NCBI GenBank assembly: GCA_963772835.1
Contig: CAVYYZ010000009.1
Coordinates: 119,223-183,222 of the forward strand
Direction: 5' to 3'
Length of the DNA: 64,000 nt
Source: an uncultured delta proteobacterium
GTDB taxonomy: Bacteria; Desulfobacterota; Desulfuromonadia; Geobacterales; Pseudopelobacteraceae
Both the position numbers and the translations under genes were made by a program. Position 1 is the first letter of the stretch; every line of letters starts with the position of its first letter. Below the pieces are notes generated by a model. It was given only the letters and a program-made list of their open reading frames with translations, searched no databases and was not told where the DNA came from. This document shows, piece by piece, positions 51,329-60,902 of the stretch.

Positions 51329-51973
51329 TTACGGCGGACAGAATATATTAGATCCGCGCATGTTGCTCGGTCCGAAAATGTTCAGGTCTTGATTCTGATA
51401 CAGAAGCCAAGCCGTAGCGAGATCGTCATCATCGAGGGGATGTGACGCTGCGATGATTTTCGCTTCAAGTTCGGGTTCTCGGGTGTAGCAGTACAGGCCA
51501 GCCCGTAATTGGATCACGTTGCGAAGTGGCGAGATGGAGGTTTTAGGCGTGAAAAGGTAGTTCGGATGCCAAGTTACTTTTGTCGTTCCACCATCAAGGG
51601 CATCAAGCTGCGCAGCTTTTTGCGGTAACTGGTATGTGGTAAAGTCAAGCAGATATCTGCCGAGCTCAAGCCAGACGTGGAATGCGACACCAGGTTGAGG
51701 CGGCATGTCCTGTATAGGAGCATGTAAAATTATGTCCGAGTCACCGCTGCCAACCCTCCAGGCGGCATAACCCACAGTCAGTGTTGAGCAGAAACCGAGC
51801 CGTGCAAGAAGGTTTTGAGCGAGAGCTGAATGAACGTAACAGTCGGAGCCGAAATTGCCGCTCGCAGCGGTTGCGAGTCGGCGAAGAGCCGACGAGATAT
51901 GAGACAAAACGAGTGTTGACGGTATTTTCTGGTCGGTATATGACGCAGCCCGGCGTTTAAGCTTGTTGCTCAC
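51329..51973 (-). CDS. Hypothetical protein with transglutaminase/papain-like Cys-His-Asp pattern
   Basis: DCYVHS...FHVWLE...LLDFT; GTG start after GAGGAGG. Confidence 0.6.
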   Translation of the reverse strand: MSNKLKRRAASYTDQKIPSTLVLSHISSALRRLATAASGNFGSDCYVHSALAQNLLARLGFCSTLTVGYAAWRVGSGDSDIILHAPIQDMPPQPGVAFHVWLELGRYLLDFTTYQLPQKAAQLDALDGGTTKVTWHPNYLFTPKTSISPLRNVIQLRAGLYCYTREPELEAKIIAASHPLDDDDLATAWLLYQNQDLNIFGPSNMRGSNIFCPP

Positions 51974-52199
51974 AGCCGGCCTCCTCAGAAATTTCTGCCT
52001 CATAGTTGTTCTCAGCCATCCGCAGACATTTTACGAAATCAATCTCATTGGAAGCTGCGAAGTGCATCATGTCTGTCAGCATATCGGTCAGGTTCTCTTC
52101 CAGACTTCCCGTATTGAAGGTCTCGTGCAGTTGCTTTTGCACATAGAAAGCCATCGTGTCGTTGACCCTGGTAGCGCGCGCGATGTTAGCTGTTGTCAT
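51957..52199 (-). CDS. Small helical hypothetical protein
   Basis: SD GGAGGT; LTDMLTDMMHF...IDF...A..NY.AE pattern of a kind seen in phage/ICE proteins. Confidence 0.7.
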   Translation of the reverse strand: MTTANIARATRVNDTMAFYVQKQLHETFNTGSLEENLTDMLTDMMHFAASNEIDFVKCLRMAENNYEAEISEEAGCEQQA

Positions 52200-52623
52200 C
52201 CGAGACCTCCCGGCAGTCAAGAGTGTCGAGAGTGTCAAGAGCCGTTATCGGTATGCTCTTCGTCTCGCAGTGAATGTTGGTGTTTTTTGGATTGAAGCTC
52301 CAAAAGAAGTCATCATCAGTGACGTTGAGACAAACGCAGTCAATGCGGGCGTCGCCCTCGTCAGGCGTTTTCAACGGAGTCCGGCCATTGTCCAAGTAGT
52401 CGGTGTCATAGTCAGTAGCCATAACTTCGACGTCATTAGTGAAAGTGACGAGCTTATAGATTTCATTGCCGAGAGCAACTTTGCAGGTATTGACTACGGC
52501 GCACATGTCTCGGATGAGCTGAATCTCGGTTTGCGTCAAATCGATGATGGCGTGATCGAAACCGTTGAAGTTATCGTCAGAGACAGAGACAGGGAGGATC
52601 AGGCGCTTAATTGAGGTCGGCAT
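52186..52623 (-). CDS. Hypothetical protein
   Basis: ORF translationally coupled to both neighbours. Confidence 0.7.
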   Translation of the reverse strand: MPTSIKRLILPVSVSDDNFNGFDHAIIDLTQTEIQLIRDMCAVVNTCKVALGNEIYKLVTFTNDVEVMATDYDTDYLDNGRTPLKTPDEGDARIDCVCLNVTDDDFFWSFNPKNTNIHCETKSIPITALDTLDTLDCREVSDDNS

Positions 52624-52624
52624 G

Positions 52625-53113
52625 TTATTTCCTTTCGTTCCTTTTTTTGAGGTTATTCCTTTTCTGAGTGATCGGTTCCAACACGTCAGCGGAAATCAGC
52701 ACATCGACAAATGTGTTCGCAGCAAGTCCGTATTCTTGAAGGATCAGCTCGTTCATACTCAGACCAGAGTTTTGCTCATATTCGCCATGACGCTCATGGA
52801 GCAGATCATCCAGCTTGAGGATGTCGAGCTCCAGTTGACGGGTTATGCACATCAAACGGGCGTCCAGATAGGCGTGACCGTTACGGATGTTGAAATAGTC
52901 GTTCAGCTGTTTAGTGAATTCCGGGATTGAGCGTGGTCGACTAACGAGCTTGATTGGTGGGACATCAGTCAGAAGTTCGTCAAGTTCCGCCTTAACGACT
53001 TTCGTGCTCTCCACGCGGCGTGGAGTTTTCGAGGAGTTTTTTAAATCTTCCGTCGTGGTCCAGCGCGATTTTCCGCAACGAGAACCACCCATCCCAGTTT
53101 TTAATTTGCTCAC
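52625..53113 (-). CDS. Hypothetical protein
   Basis: GTGA overlap with the upstream stop, SD GGAG. Confidence 0.65.
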   Translation of the reverse strand: MSKLKTGMGGSRCGKSRWTTTEDLKNSSKTPRRVESTKVVKAELDELLTDVPPIKLVSRPRSIPEFTKQLNDYFNIRNGHAYLDARLMCITRQLELDILKLDDLLHERHGEYEQNSGLSMNELILQEYGLAANTFVDVLISADVLEPITQKRNNLKKRNERK

Positions 53114-53394
53114 GGTTTGTCTCCGAAAATAGGCTTCAAGTAGTTGAGCCGGCATTCAGTTCGACTGTACCCGGCGATGTAGCATGTCTCAGCAGGCAAC
53201 TCCGGGTACGCGAGACCCCAAAGACATGAAACCTCCAGTAAACCGTCGGATGTCATCGCGAACCTGCCTATCGCCATAAATCCGGCTCTATCGGAGCCAC
53301 CAGCCGCGTTGCGTAATTCGACGCAGCAGCGTTGTTTGAACTCATATTCGGTCTCATCGTTAAGCTTCGAAATTGTCGCTAATATTTTCGCCAT
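53110..53394 (-). CDS. Hypothetical protein
   Basis: SD GAGG before ATG 53394; operon fit. Confidence 0.65.
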   Translation of the reverse strand: MAKILATISKLNDETEYEFKQRCCVELRNAAGGSDRAGFMAIGRFAMTSDGLLEVSCLWGLAYPELPAETCYIAGYSRTECRLNYLKPIFGDKP

Positions 53395-53419
53395 GGTTTG
53401 AGCCTCTTGTTTATGGGTG

Positions 53420-54217
53420 TTACTGCGTTTTGAGCCGATTCCCGCCAGCGATAGCATTCAACCGCGCAACCAGGTCAGCGCGTTTGAACTCTAGGTGCAG
53501 GTTTCCGTTCATGTAGCACTTGAACTTGAAGTATGGAGTTTCGCCGTTACCGTCCTGGCTATCGGCAATCGTGCAATACAGAGGGCCATGATACGACTTG
53601 ACTGGGCCTTGACCGTCCAGCATCGAGAAAACATTATCGAGCGCAACGAGATATTTCTCGCGCTGATGGTTCACTTGATACTTCCCGCGATTCCATCCTT
53701 TTTCAACAATCCACGACAAGATGACTTTCCGGCCAAGCTCAAATTCTGTGTTCGTTTTGAAACGACTACCCGGTGGGCGAAGATATTCGAAAACCTCTTT
53801 GACTGCTTCCTCCAGGTATGTGTTCACATTCGCTGCGGACTGCTCAAACATAGCGAGGATGTTGTCTTCCGTGAGGTCTGGGAGCTCTTTGCCGTCTTCA
53901 AGCTGCTTATCGAGTTCGTCACGGCGCTTGATGGACAACAGGCGACGGAGTTCCATGCGTTCGACGATGCAGCGCCAGGCGTCCTTTTTGACCTTCTTGT
54001 TGATCCAGGTGGAAGCCTCCTTGCCGATGGAGCCGTGCATATTGCGGTCATTGGTCGAGAAACTGTAACCGGGTGTATCGAGGAAAGCAGAGCGGAGTCG
54101 GCCTTGAGCGGCTTCGAGCATCGCGTAAGCTGTCTCAATGTCCTGAGTTGCTTGCGTGTAGGTGTTGAGCATTACGGTCAATGTTTCGCGTTTCGCAAGG
54201 TCAGTGGATGGATTCAC
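53420..54217 (-). CDS. DUF4942 domain protein
   Basis: FEYLRP...FKTNTEFELGRKVIL...ETPYFKFKCYMNGNLHLEFKRADLVARLN. Confidence 0.85.
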   Translation of the reverse strand: MNPSTDLAKRETLTVMLNTYTQATQDIETAYAMLEAAQGRLRSAFLDTPGYSFSTNDRNMHGSIGKEASTWINKKVKKDAWRCIVERMELRRLLSIKRRDELDKQLEDGKELPDLTEDNILAMFEQSAANVNTYLEEAVKEVFEYLRPPGSRFKTNTEFELGRKVILSWIVEKGWNRGKYQVNHQREKYLVALDNVFSMLDGQGPVKSYHGPLYCTIADSQDGNGETPYFKFKCYMNGNLHLEFKRADLVARLNAIAGGNRLKTQ

Positions 54218-54726
54218 AATAGACCTCTTTCGACGAAGGATAGGATGTCCGGTGAACCGATTATGATGTGATCCAGAAGGTTGATTCCGAGGATCTCGCC
54301 GGCTTCTTTCAGACGTCGTGTGATTGCGATATCTTCAGAGCTCGGATTCGGATCTCCTGTTGGATGGTTATGTACACAAATCAATCCCGCAGACGCTGTT
54401 AACAGCGCAGTTTTGAACACTTCACGTGGATGGACTATCGTTTGGTTTAAGCTACCGACTGAGACCAGATCAAGACAGAGAATCCTGTTCTTACCGTCCA
54501 GGTGCATCGTGAAGAAATGTTCTTTCGTCTCTGAAGTGAGAAAACTGAAGAGTTCGCCGACTTGGGCAGGCGCTGTGTAACGACGATCAGCTTTAAAGTA
54601 CTGAGCGACCTCTTCACGGACAGTCAAAGTTTCCATGACAGCTTTGATCTGCCGAAACTTGATCGGTTTACGCGGAACAGACAGTGTTTCTGGCCCGAAA
54701 AGTGTGTCAATCGTGATGGTTTTCAT
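54214..54726 (-). CDS. radC: RadC-like JAB/MPN domain protein
   Basis: KEHF, GSLNQTIVHPREVFK, HNHPTGDPNPSSED and LLDHIIIG. Confidence 0.95.
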   Translation of the reverse strand: MKTITIDTLFGPETLSVPRKPIKFRQIKAVMETLTVREEVAQYFKADRRYTAPAQVGELFSFLTSETKEHFFTMHLDGKNRILCLDLVSVGSLNQTIVHPREVFKTALLTASAGLICVHNHPTGDPNPSSEDIAITRRLKEAGEILGINLLDHIIIGSPDILSFVERGLL

Positions 54727-54734
54727 AAATTCCT

Positions 54735-54944
54735 CTATTCGACTGCGATTGCTGAGGTTAGATCGACAGCGTTCGGGCGTAATGTGATTGTGTCGCCATT
54801 TGGGAACTGGAAATCAGCGCAATGCAGAGTTCGAAGCTCGCGGGGTGAATACGAGGACAATGCCTCGCAACCACCCAGCAAGCATTCCTTAGCGACATCA
54901 GTGATTTTCCGCTTTTTAACGATGTAAGAGTAAACAGCCATCAC
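54735..54944 (-). CDS. Small hypothetical protein
   Basis: SD AAGGAG; overlap-coupled. Confidence 0.6.
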   Translation of the reverse strand: MMAVYSYIVKKRKITDVAKECLLGGCEALSSYSPRELRTLHCADFQFPNGDTITLRPNAVDLTSAIAVE

Positions 54945-55159
54945 GATCTCCTTCGAGCTTGCAGGTATACTGGTTTATCAACGCCGAGCAGTTTGACAAT
55001 TTTATTCTGTTCAGTAATTTGAATGCATTCGCTGAAAGTCACATTCAGCCCGAGAGCTTTCAAAGCGGCTTCTCGGTTACAAGCTTTGACCCAAGCAAAA
55101 TTGATGTCGCCGTCGACGGTATAAAATTCAATCAAGTACAGATTCATTGACTGCTCCAT
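54941..55159 (-). CDS. Small hypothetical protein
   Basis: Operon fit. Confidence 0.6.
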   Translation of the reverse strand: MEQSMNLYLIEFYTVDGDINFAWVKACNREAALKALGLNVTFSECIQITEQNKIVKLLGVDKPVYLQARRRS

Positions 55160-55174
55160 TAATGGGGTAATTGG

Positions 55175-56032
55175 TTACTTCGCGACTGCAACGCGTGATT
55201 GCTCTTTTTCGCGCCAAGTGATTTTCATTCCGGTAAGAGCAGCAGAAAGAGCCAACCAATCTGCTTCAGCTACTTTTTTCTTGGAACTGACGATGCTTTT
55301 TTTACCGTCAACTGAGCTCAAGCAAATGTGGAGTAACACCTTATCTCCTTCAGCATTCTCAGCAAAGACGACGTTAACGGCATCAAGTCCGAGGATCTTC
55401 ACAGGCTGAAGCAGCTTTGTCGAAGTAGTATGATAGCCCACGAGTTTCAGTCTTTTAGCCAAGACAGCGCTCATTTTAGTTGATGTGTCTTTATTGACTG
55501 CTGCGTTCGATGATTCCTGAGTAACATCTGGAGTTGCTGCTGTGACATCGGTAGTCGTGTCGGCAGTAGTTACGGCAACAGTGTCAACGGCGGTCGTGGT
55601 GGCCGACGTTTCATCGGTATTCACTGCTTCAGTAGTGGTCTCAATGTCCGTGGTTGAAGCTACTTTCGGAGCGGTTGTGGTTTCGGTGATGGAAGGTTCG
55701 ACTGAACGATCATCTGCGTTTTCTTCCTTTCTTTGTTCAGGGTGACGCGCCGATTCCCAAGCGGCGATGGCGTCGGCGTGTTCCGGCTGATCAGGAAAAT
55801 AAGTGAAACCTTCTGTCGGTTTTTCATTCAACTTCTTCAGAGGATGACCAGGACAAACGAGCCCATGTCCCTGGTATTTACCAAAAGTAGAGAGTGCACC
55901 GAGTTCAAAAGCTCCGCACACGCACTCTGCGCGGTAGACAATTCTTTTGCTGTTGTCCTTGTCAGCTGTGCGCTCAACGATTTTCAAAGGTCCGGCAAGT
56001 GTTCCGATTAGTTCGCGTTTGATTGGTGCCAT
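55175..56032 (-). CDS. Hypothetical protein: N-terminal Cys-containing domain, Thr-rich linker, C-terminal domain
   Basis: SD AAGGAG; GPLKIVER...YRAECVCG...CPGH; long T/D/A low-complexity tract. Confidence 0.75.
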   Translation of the reverse strand: MAPIKRELIGTLAGPLKIVERTADKDNSKRIVYRAECVCGAFELGALSTFGKYQGHGLVCPGHPLKKLNEKPTEGFTYFPDQPEHADAIAAWESARHPEQRKEENADDRSVEPSITETTTAPKVASTTDIETTTEAVNTDETSATTTAVDTVAVTTADTTTDVTAATPDVTQESSNAAVNKDTSTKMSAVLAKRLKLVGYHTTSTKLLQPVKILGLDAVNVVFAENAEGDKVLLHICLSSVDGKKSIVSSKKKVAEADWLALSAALTGMKITWREKEQSRVAVAK

Positions 56033-56093
56033 GGTGATACGCTCCTTTATTGTTTGTGTTATCGATGCAATCGGTGCATCGCCGTGTCTGCGG

Positions 56094-56324
56094 TTAATTA
56101 ACTGCTTTACGCAACCGGTTGGTATCGATGTCGATGGTGTATCCGTTGTTCTCTAGAATGCTCCAGAGCAGACGCTTCGCACGGGTGAAACCTTCCGAAT
56201 CTTCTTTACCGATTTCGTGCTCTTGAAGACTACCGGTAACGATTTCGAGTGCCTTGATGGCGTTCGAGATTGCAACCAGAACTGGTCGGGTGATCTTGCC
56301 TTCAGGTGAATGAATCAGGCTCAT
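56094..56324 (-). CDS. Small hypothetical protein
   Basis: SD GAGGA; operon fit. Confidence 0.65.
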   Translation of the reverse strand: MSLIHSPEGKITRPVLVAISNAIKALEIVTGSLQEHEIGKEDSEGFTRAKRLLWSILENNGYTIDIDTNRLRKAVN

Positions 56325-56326
56325 GA

Positions 56327-56758
56327 TTAGTCCTCGTCTGGAAGCATGATAGTGAGAACTGCTTCACCACCGTCGCCGAGGCCGCATACAAGTTTCAATT
56401 TGTGTTCGGTGCCGTTTTCAGTGAGTGGAAGCATAACCTTGAAAAACAGTTCAGGATTTCCAGTATTTGACATTGACTTGATTGCTATGTGTGCGCAAAA
56501 GACGGTGTCCCAAACATAGAGGCCAGGTTCGACATTTTCGGAATTAGCTGCAGATTCGATAAGAGTCCAAACGGTAGAAGTACATGCGATAGGCCACTTA
56601 AAGAGCCTGGTATCGGAAGGGAAGCTTGAAGTTAGGTCAATCAACGTTCCATCCGCGATGGCTTGAGCTCGCGTGTATTCAAAGATCATGTTGCATTCGG
56701 CGAACAAATCATTTCTTTCCCTTGCAGTATTCATGAAATCACTCCTTGAATTAATCAT
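56327..56758 (-). CDS. DUF6573-like protein
   Basis: IFEYTRAQAIADGTLIDL...FKWPIACT..VW...CGLGDGGEAVLTIMLPDED. Confidence 0.75.
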   Translation of the reverse strand: MINSRSDFMNTARERNDLFAECNMIFEYTRAQAIADGTLIDLTSSFPSDTRLFKWPIACTSTVWTLIESAANSENVEPGLYVWDTVFCAHIAIKSMSNTGNPELFFKVMLPLTENGTEHKLKLVCGLGDGGEAVLTIMLPDED

Positions 56759-56928
56759 TGCTAACCTAAAATCATTATGAACCTCTCGCCCTGCATGTAC
56801 AGTTTTATTTGCACTTTATTTTATTATTATTTCAATTAATCCAGATAGTTGTAATCATTAGCCAGGCAATATAGGATCTTCGGAAATGAATTTACTTTAT
56901 TTAATAATGAGAACAACAGGGGCATGAT

Positions 56929-57177
56929 ATGGAGACAAGAACGGCAAAGCAGAAATCAGGTGAGATTGTGCAATTGCCGGTGATGTCGGAACATGAATAC
57001 ATTGATGCAACGGAGTCGTACGAAGGGTTCTGTATTTATTGCGGAGAGACTGAATCAGGCATCGAGCCAGACGCGTGCGACTACAAATGTGAAGGATGCG
57101 GAAAATATGGTGTGTTTGGATTTGAGGAGCTGTTGCTTATGGGGTATGTGGTGTTTAGAGAGGAAAGCGAGGATTAG
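56929..57177 (+). CDS. Small zinc-finger-like protein
   Basis: GFCIYCG...EPDACDYKCEGCG (two CxxC); divergent from the leftward operon. Confidence 0.75.
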   Translation: METRTAKQKSGEIVQLPVMSEHEYIDATESYEGFCIYCGETESGIEPDACDYKCEGCGKYGVFGFEELLLMGYVVFREESED

Positions 57178-57377
57178 TGCGTGATTATTACTTCGGCGAC
57201 AGCGGTTTTACGGCTATCAACACTAATTTCGGTTCTTTCGTAAATTAGTTGCACATAAAAGAATGGAATTAGAGTCAAAAATATTTTGTTTTGACCATAA
57301 TGATATGTTTACTATATTTCACTTTCCATTCTGATATTAGCATTGCACTTATTTGATTGATTCAGACCAGCCATTAG

Positions 57378-58052
57378 CTATTCTCGCCCCTCAAACTTAT
57401 ACCCAACCCCATACACTGAGTGAATCAACTCCACTGGGTGACCAGTAACAGAGATTTTCTTCCTGAGATTCTTTATATAATTGTCGATGGCGCGATCATT
57501 CAGGGCACGTTCATCCGGGTAAATATTATTCAATAGTTGCTGGCGGTTGTAGACTCTCTCCGGGTGGGCCGCCAGATAATTGAGTAACCTGAATTCAGCC
57601 GCAGTCAGGTTCAGGTCATGTCCGTTCAGCGTGGCCCGGTAGCATGATTCATCAAGATTAAGACCCATTTCCTGCAGGTTTGGCGCAGAACCTGACCGGC
57701 GCAGAACTGTCTTTACCCGCGCCACCACCTCCCGGGGGCTGTATGGCTTGCAGATGTAGTCATCCGCTCCCAGTTCCAACCCCAGCAAACGATCAATTTC
57801 TTCAACCCGAGCGGTCGTCATGATGATCGGCACGGATGAAAAGGAGCGGATTTCCTTGCAGATATCCAGCCCGCTTTTCCCCGGCAGCATCAGGTCGAGC
57901 AGTATCAATGCCGGCTTATGTTCGCGAACCCAGGAAACAACAGGTAAACCATCCGTCAGCAGATGGGTCTGATAGTTATCTAAGCGAAGATAATCTGCTA
58001 GAATTTCTGCGGTATGAACTTCATCTTCGACTATCAAAATCAGATCATTCAT
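57378..58052 (-). CDS. baeR: OmpR-family response regulator, BaeR-like
   Basis: LLDLMLPG, TARVEEIDRLLGLELGADDYICKPYSPREVVARVK and IHSVYGVGYK. Confidence 0.88.
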   Translation of the reverse strand: MNDLILIVEDEVHTAEILADYLRLDNYQTHLLTDGLPVVSWVREHKPALILLDLMLPGKSGLDICKEIRSFSSVPIIMTTARVEEIDRLLGLELGADDYICKPYSPREVVARVKTVLRRSGSAPNLQEMGLNLDESCYRATLNGHDLNLTAAEFRLLNYLAAHPERVYNRQQLLNNIYPDERALNDRAIDNYIKNLRKKISVTGHPVELIHSVYGVGYKFEGRE

Positions 58053-59524
58053 CAGACACTCCCGTAGTTGGGCAACTCAACACGAATCCACACTCCGCCC
58101 TGCGGTGAAGGCTGCGCCGTAATAGTGCCCTCATGCGCCTCGACGATGTTGCGGCAGATGGCAAGGCCAAGCCCTGTCCCTCCGGTGGCCCTGCTTCGTG
58201 ATGTCTCGACACGATAGAGTCGCTCGAACAGCTTTTCCAGTTCATCTTCCGGTGCGCCGGGAGCGGAATCCTGAAAGTCAATCGTCACCCTTACGCCATC
58301 CTCCCAGACCTTGATGTTCAACTCACCACCCGAATCAGTATATTTCAGCGAATTTTCCAGCAGATTACCGAACAGTTGCCGCAAACGCTCCGGATCGCCA
58401 AAAACGGTGACGTTATCTGCCGCTTCGTAGTGAAGAGCAATCTTCTTTATTGAAAACTCCGGGCTGATTATCGAGATCGCTTGATCAATAACAACGGAAA
58501 CTGGCACTTCGACTTTGCGATAGGTCTGTGCACCAACATCTGTCAGTGACAACTGATAAAGATCATCCACCAGTCGCGTAAAGCGCATAACTTCATTGTG
58601 AATAGCCTTGATTGAATTGGTGGTCGGTTGACGCACTCCATCCAGTATGGCCTCGACCTGGCTCCGCAAAAAGGTAAGTGGCGTCCGCAATTCATGTGAG
58701 ATGTCCGCAACCCAGCGGCGCCTAGCCCCCTCGTTATTTTCCATTGCCAGCGCCAGGGCATTGAAGTCGGTTGCCAATCGTCCCAGTTCATCATTTGAAT
58801 CAACAGGCACCCGGATCGAATATGTGCCCTGTGCCAGAACGTGAGTCGCCTCGGTAATGTTTTTGAGCGGCCTAATAAGTCGGGTTGCCAGCAACATTGC
58901 GAGGGCGGCAGATAATCCTAAAACTACAGTAGCGATAATGGCTAATGAATATTTCTGTTGATGCAAAAAACCCTTCTGCTGTGGGTCATCGAGTGATGTC
59001 TGGGGGAGAAGTCCCAGGTAACCGATAATTGTGCCCTGCTGGTGCAGAGGTATTACCTCGGCATCTAGAGCCAACGAACGTGAGCCGATTATAGGAGTCT
59101 TGTTGGAATCAAGCAAGAACAGGCGTTGACTGAACTGATCGACAAGATGAGGTGGAAGAGTGTCACCTGGTGGTGAAGCGTGATTATCCAATACATTGTG
59201 TGGCGGAGGTGGCGAACTACCCTTATCGAGAGGTTGTATGCAATTACCAAACGGTGGTCTCAATTCCGGGAAAGACGAATTAATCACCTGTCGCCACTTC
59301 ATAGGGTCACGGCGGATAGCATCCCAACCCGATTCAACACGATATTCTTCTTCCAGTCTGGAAACCATGTAAGGCATACCACTTTTTTCCATGGAATTAA
59401 CCAAGCGAAGAAAACCCTTGTTGACACTCCAATGAATAATCAGGGTAGAGCTTACCACTGCCAGGCTAGCAGCCAGAAATATCGCGAAAAACAGTTTGTG
59501 AGTTATGTTCAGCTGCATTGCCAC
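58052..59524 (-). CDS. baeS: Membrane sensor histidine kinase, BaeS-like
   Basis: Two TMs, HAMP (DELGRLATDFN), ADISHELRTPL and LFERLYRVETSRSRATGGTGLGL. Confidence 0.88.
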   Translation of the reverse strand: MAMQLNITHKLFFAIFLAASLAVVSSTLIIHWSVNKGFLRLVNSMEKSGMPYMVSRLEEEYRVESGWDAIRRDPMKWRQVINSSFPELRPPFGNCIQPLDKGSSPPPPHNVLDNHASPPGDTLPPHLVDQFSQRLFLLDSNKTPIIGSRSLALDAEVIPLHQQGTIIGYLGLLPQTSLDDPQQKGFLHQQKYSLAIIATVVLGLSAALAMLLATRLIRPLKNITEATHVLAQGTYSIRVPVDSNDELGRLATDFNALALAMENNEGARRRWVADISHELRTPLTFLRSQVEAILDGVRQPTTNSIKAIHNEVMRFTRLVDDLYQLSLTDVGAQTYRKVEVPVSVVIDQAISIISPEFSIKKIALHYEAADNVTVFGDPERLRQLFGNLLENSLKYTDSGGELNIKVWEDGVRVTIDFQDSAPGAPEDELEKLFERLYRVETSRSRATGGTGLGLAICRNIVEAHEGTITAQPSPQGGVWIRVELPNYGSV

Positions 59525-59723
59525 ACCTCTTTGATCATTAATTGCCCGCTTATATTTTTACCATAAAGACTCCGTGCGCAAATACGCAAAAAAACCTTTT
59601 TCATTTGAGCATTGCAAAAAATACATTTACTACACAATTCAAGCACATTTGCCTGTTATCACTAACATCAAGATATAGAAATTATCCAAATGATGTGAAT
59701 TGCAAAAAAGCGAGGAATGCACC

Positions 59724-60902
59724 GTGAAAAGAAAGTCGAGTCGTACCATCATGGCTCTTGTCATTATCATTGTTCTCTTCTCCGGCCTGGCGCTTGGGGC
59801 GAAGGTCTGGTTCTTTCCTTCGAAGCACCAGACCTTCATTACCGCCGAAGTAACCAGAATGGATCTGGAAGAAAATGTCCTTGCCAGTGGCACCTTGAAG
59901 GCATTCAAGACAGTGGCAGTTGGCGCACAGGTGAACGGCCAGCTAAAGAAGTTGCATGTCGCTATGGGCGATAAAATTAAAAAAGGACAGCTTCTGGCGG
60001 AGATCGACCCTGTGCTGCAGCAGTTTTCTCTCAAGGATTCCGCGGCCCAGGTTGAAAGCTTGCAGGCCCAGAAGCGCGCTAAGCAGGCACTGTTTAAGCA
60101 GTATGAGTTGGCTTTTCAGCGACAGCGTCAGATGAGCGCCCAGGAAGCCTCCTCCAGGGCTGATTTGGAGAGTGCTCAGGCACAACAGGAGAGCACCCGC
60201 TATGACATCGCCGCTATTGAGGCCCAGATCAGAAAAGCACTCATTGCGGTCGATACGGCCAGAGCCAACCTCGGCTATACCCGGATTTATGCACCAATTG
60301 ACGGCACGGTGATCTCCATCGACACCGAGGAGGGGCAGACAGTCGTCTCGAACCAGTCGGCAACGACGATCCTTACCCTGGCCACTCTTGATACCATGAC
60401 CGTCAAGGCCAAAATCTCCGAAGCAGACGTCACCAGGGTCAAGCCGGGCCTGCAGACCTACTTCACCCTGCTCGGAGATAGCGACACTCGCTATTACGGC
60501 AAGCTGCGCGCTATCGAACCCGGATCGGTTTCCTACGGAAGTACCGATAGCTCAAGCACCGCAATTTACTACTACGGACTGTTCGAAGTACCAAATCCTG
60601 ACAACAAGCTGAAGGTTTCCATGACGGCTCAGGTGGCTATTGTCCTCAACCAGGCGAAACAGTCGCTCAGTATTCCTGTTGCCGCTCTGGGTGATAAACA
60701 AAAGGATGGCCGGGTCAGCGTTAAGGTGCTGGTCGGCGAACAGGTCGAAACCAGGATAATTCGTACCGGCATCTCCAATAACGTGCAGGTTCAGGTGCTG
60801 GAAGGGTTAAAGGAGAGTGAAAAAGTGGTGGTTGGCGACAGCACGTCATTACCCAAAACCGAAGCGAGCTCCATGCTGCCACCTCCTGGAAGGAGACGAT
60901 GA
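59724..60902 (+). CDS. macA: MacA-like periplasmic adaptor
   Basis: [35 protein letters not shown] and ISEADVTRV. Confidence 0.9.
   Translation: MKRKSSRTIMALVIIIVLFSGLALGAKVWFFPSKHQTFITAEVTRMDLEENVLASGTLKAFKTVAVGAQVNGQLKKLHVAMGDKIKKGQLLAEIDPVLQQFSLKDSAAQVESLQAQKRAKQALFKQYELAFQRQRQMSAQEASSRADLESAQAQQESTRYDIAAIEAQIRKALIAVDTARANLGYTRIYAPIDGTVISIDTEEGQTVVSNQSATTILTLATLDTMTVKAKISEADVTRVKPGLQTYFTLLGDSDTRYYGKLRAIEPGSVSYGSTDSSSTAIYYYGLFEVPNPDNKLKVSMTAQVAIVLNQAKQSLSIPVAALGDKQKDGRVSVKVLVGEQVETRIIRTGISNNVQVQVLEGLKESEKVVVGDSTSLPKTEASSMLPPPGRRR

Noticed and set aside
57248..57317. dif-like sites (GTTGCACATAA; GACCATAATGATATGTTTACT)
   Set aside because: Only XerC-like half-sites; no TTATGTTAAAT-like arm at 6-bp spacing.
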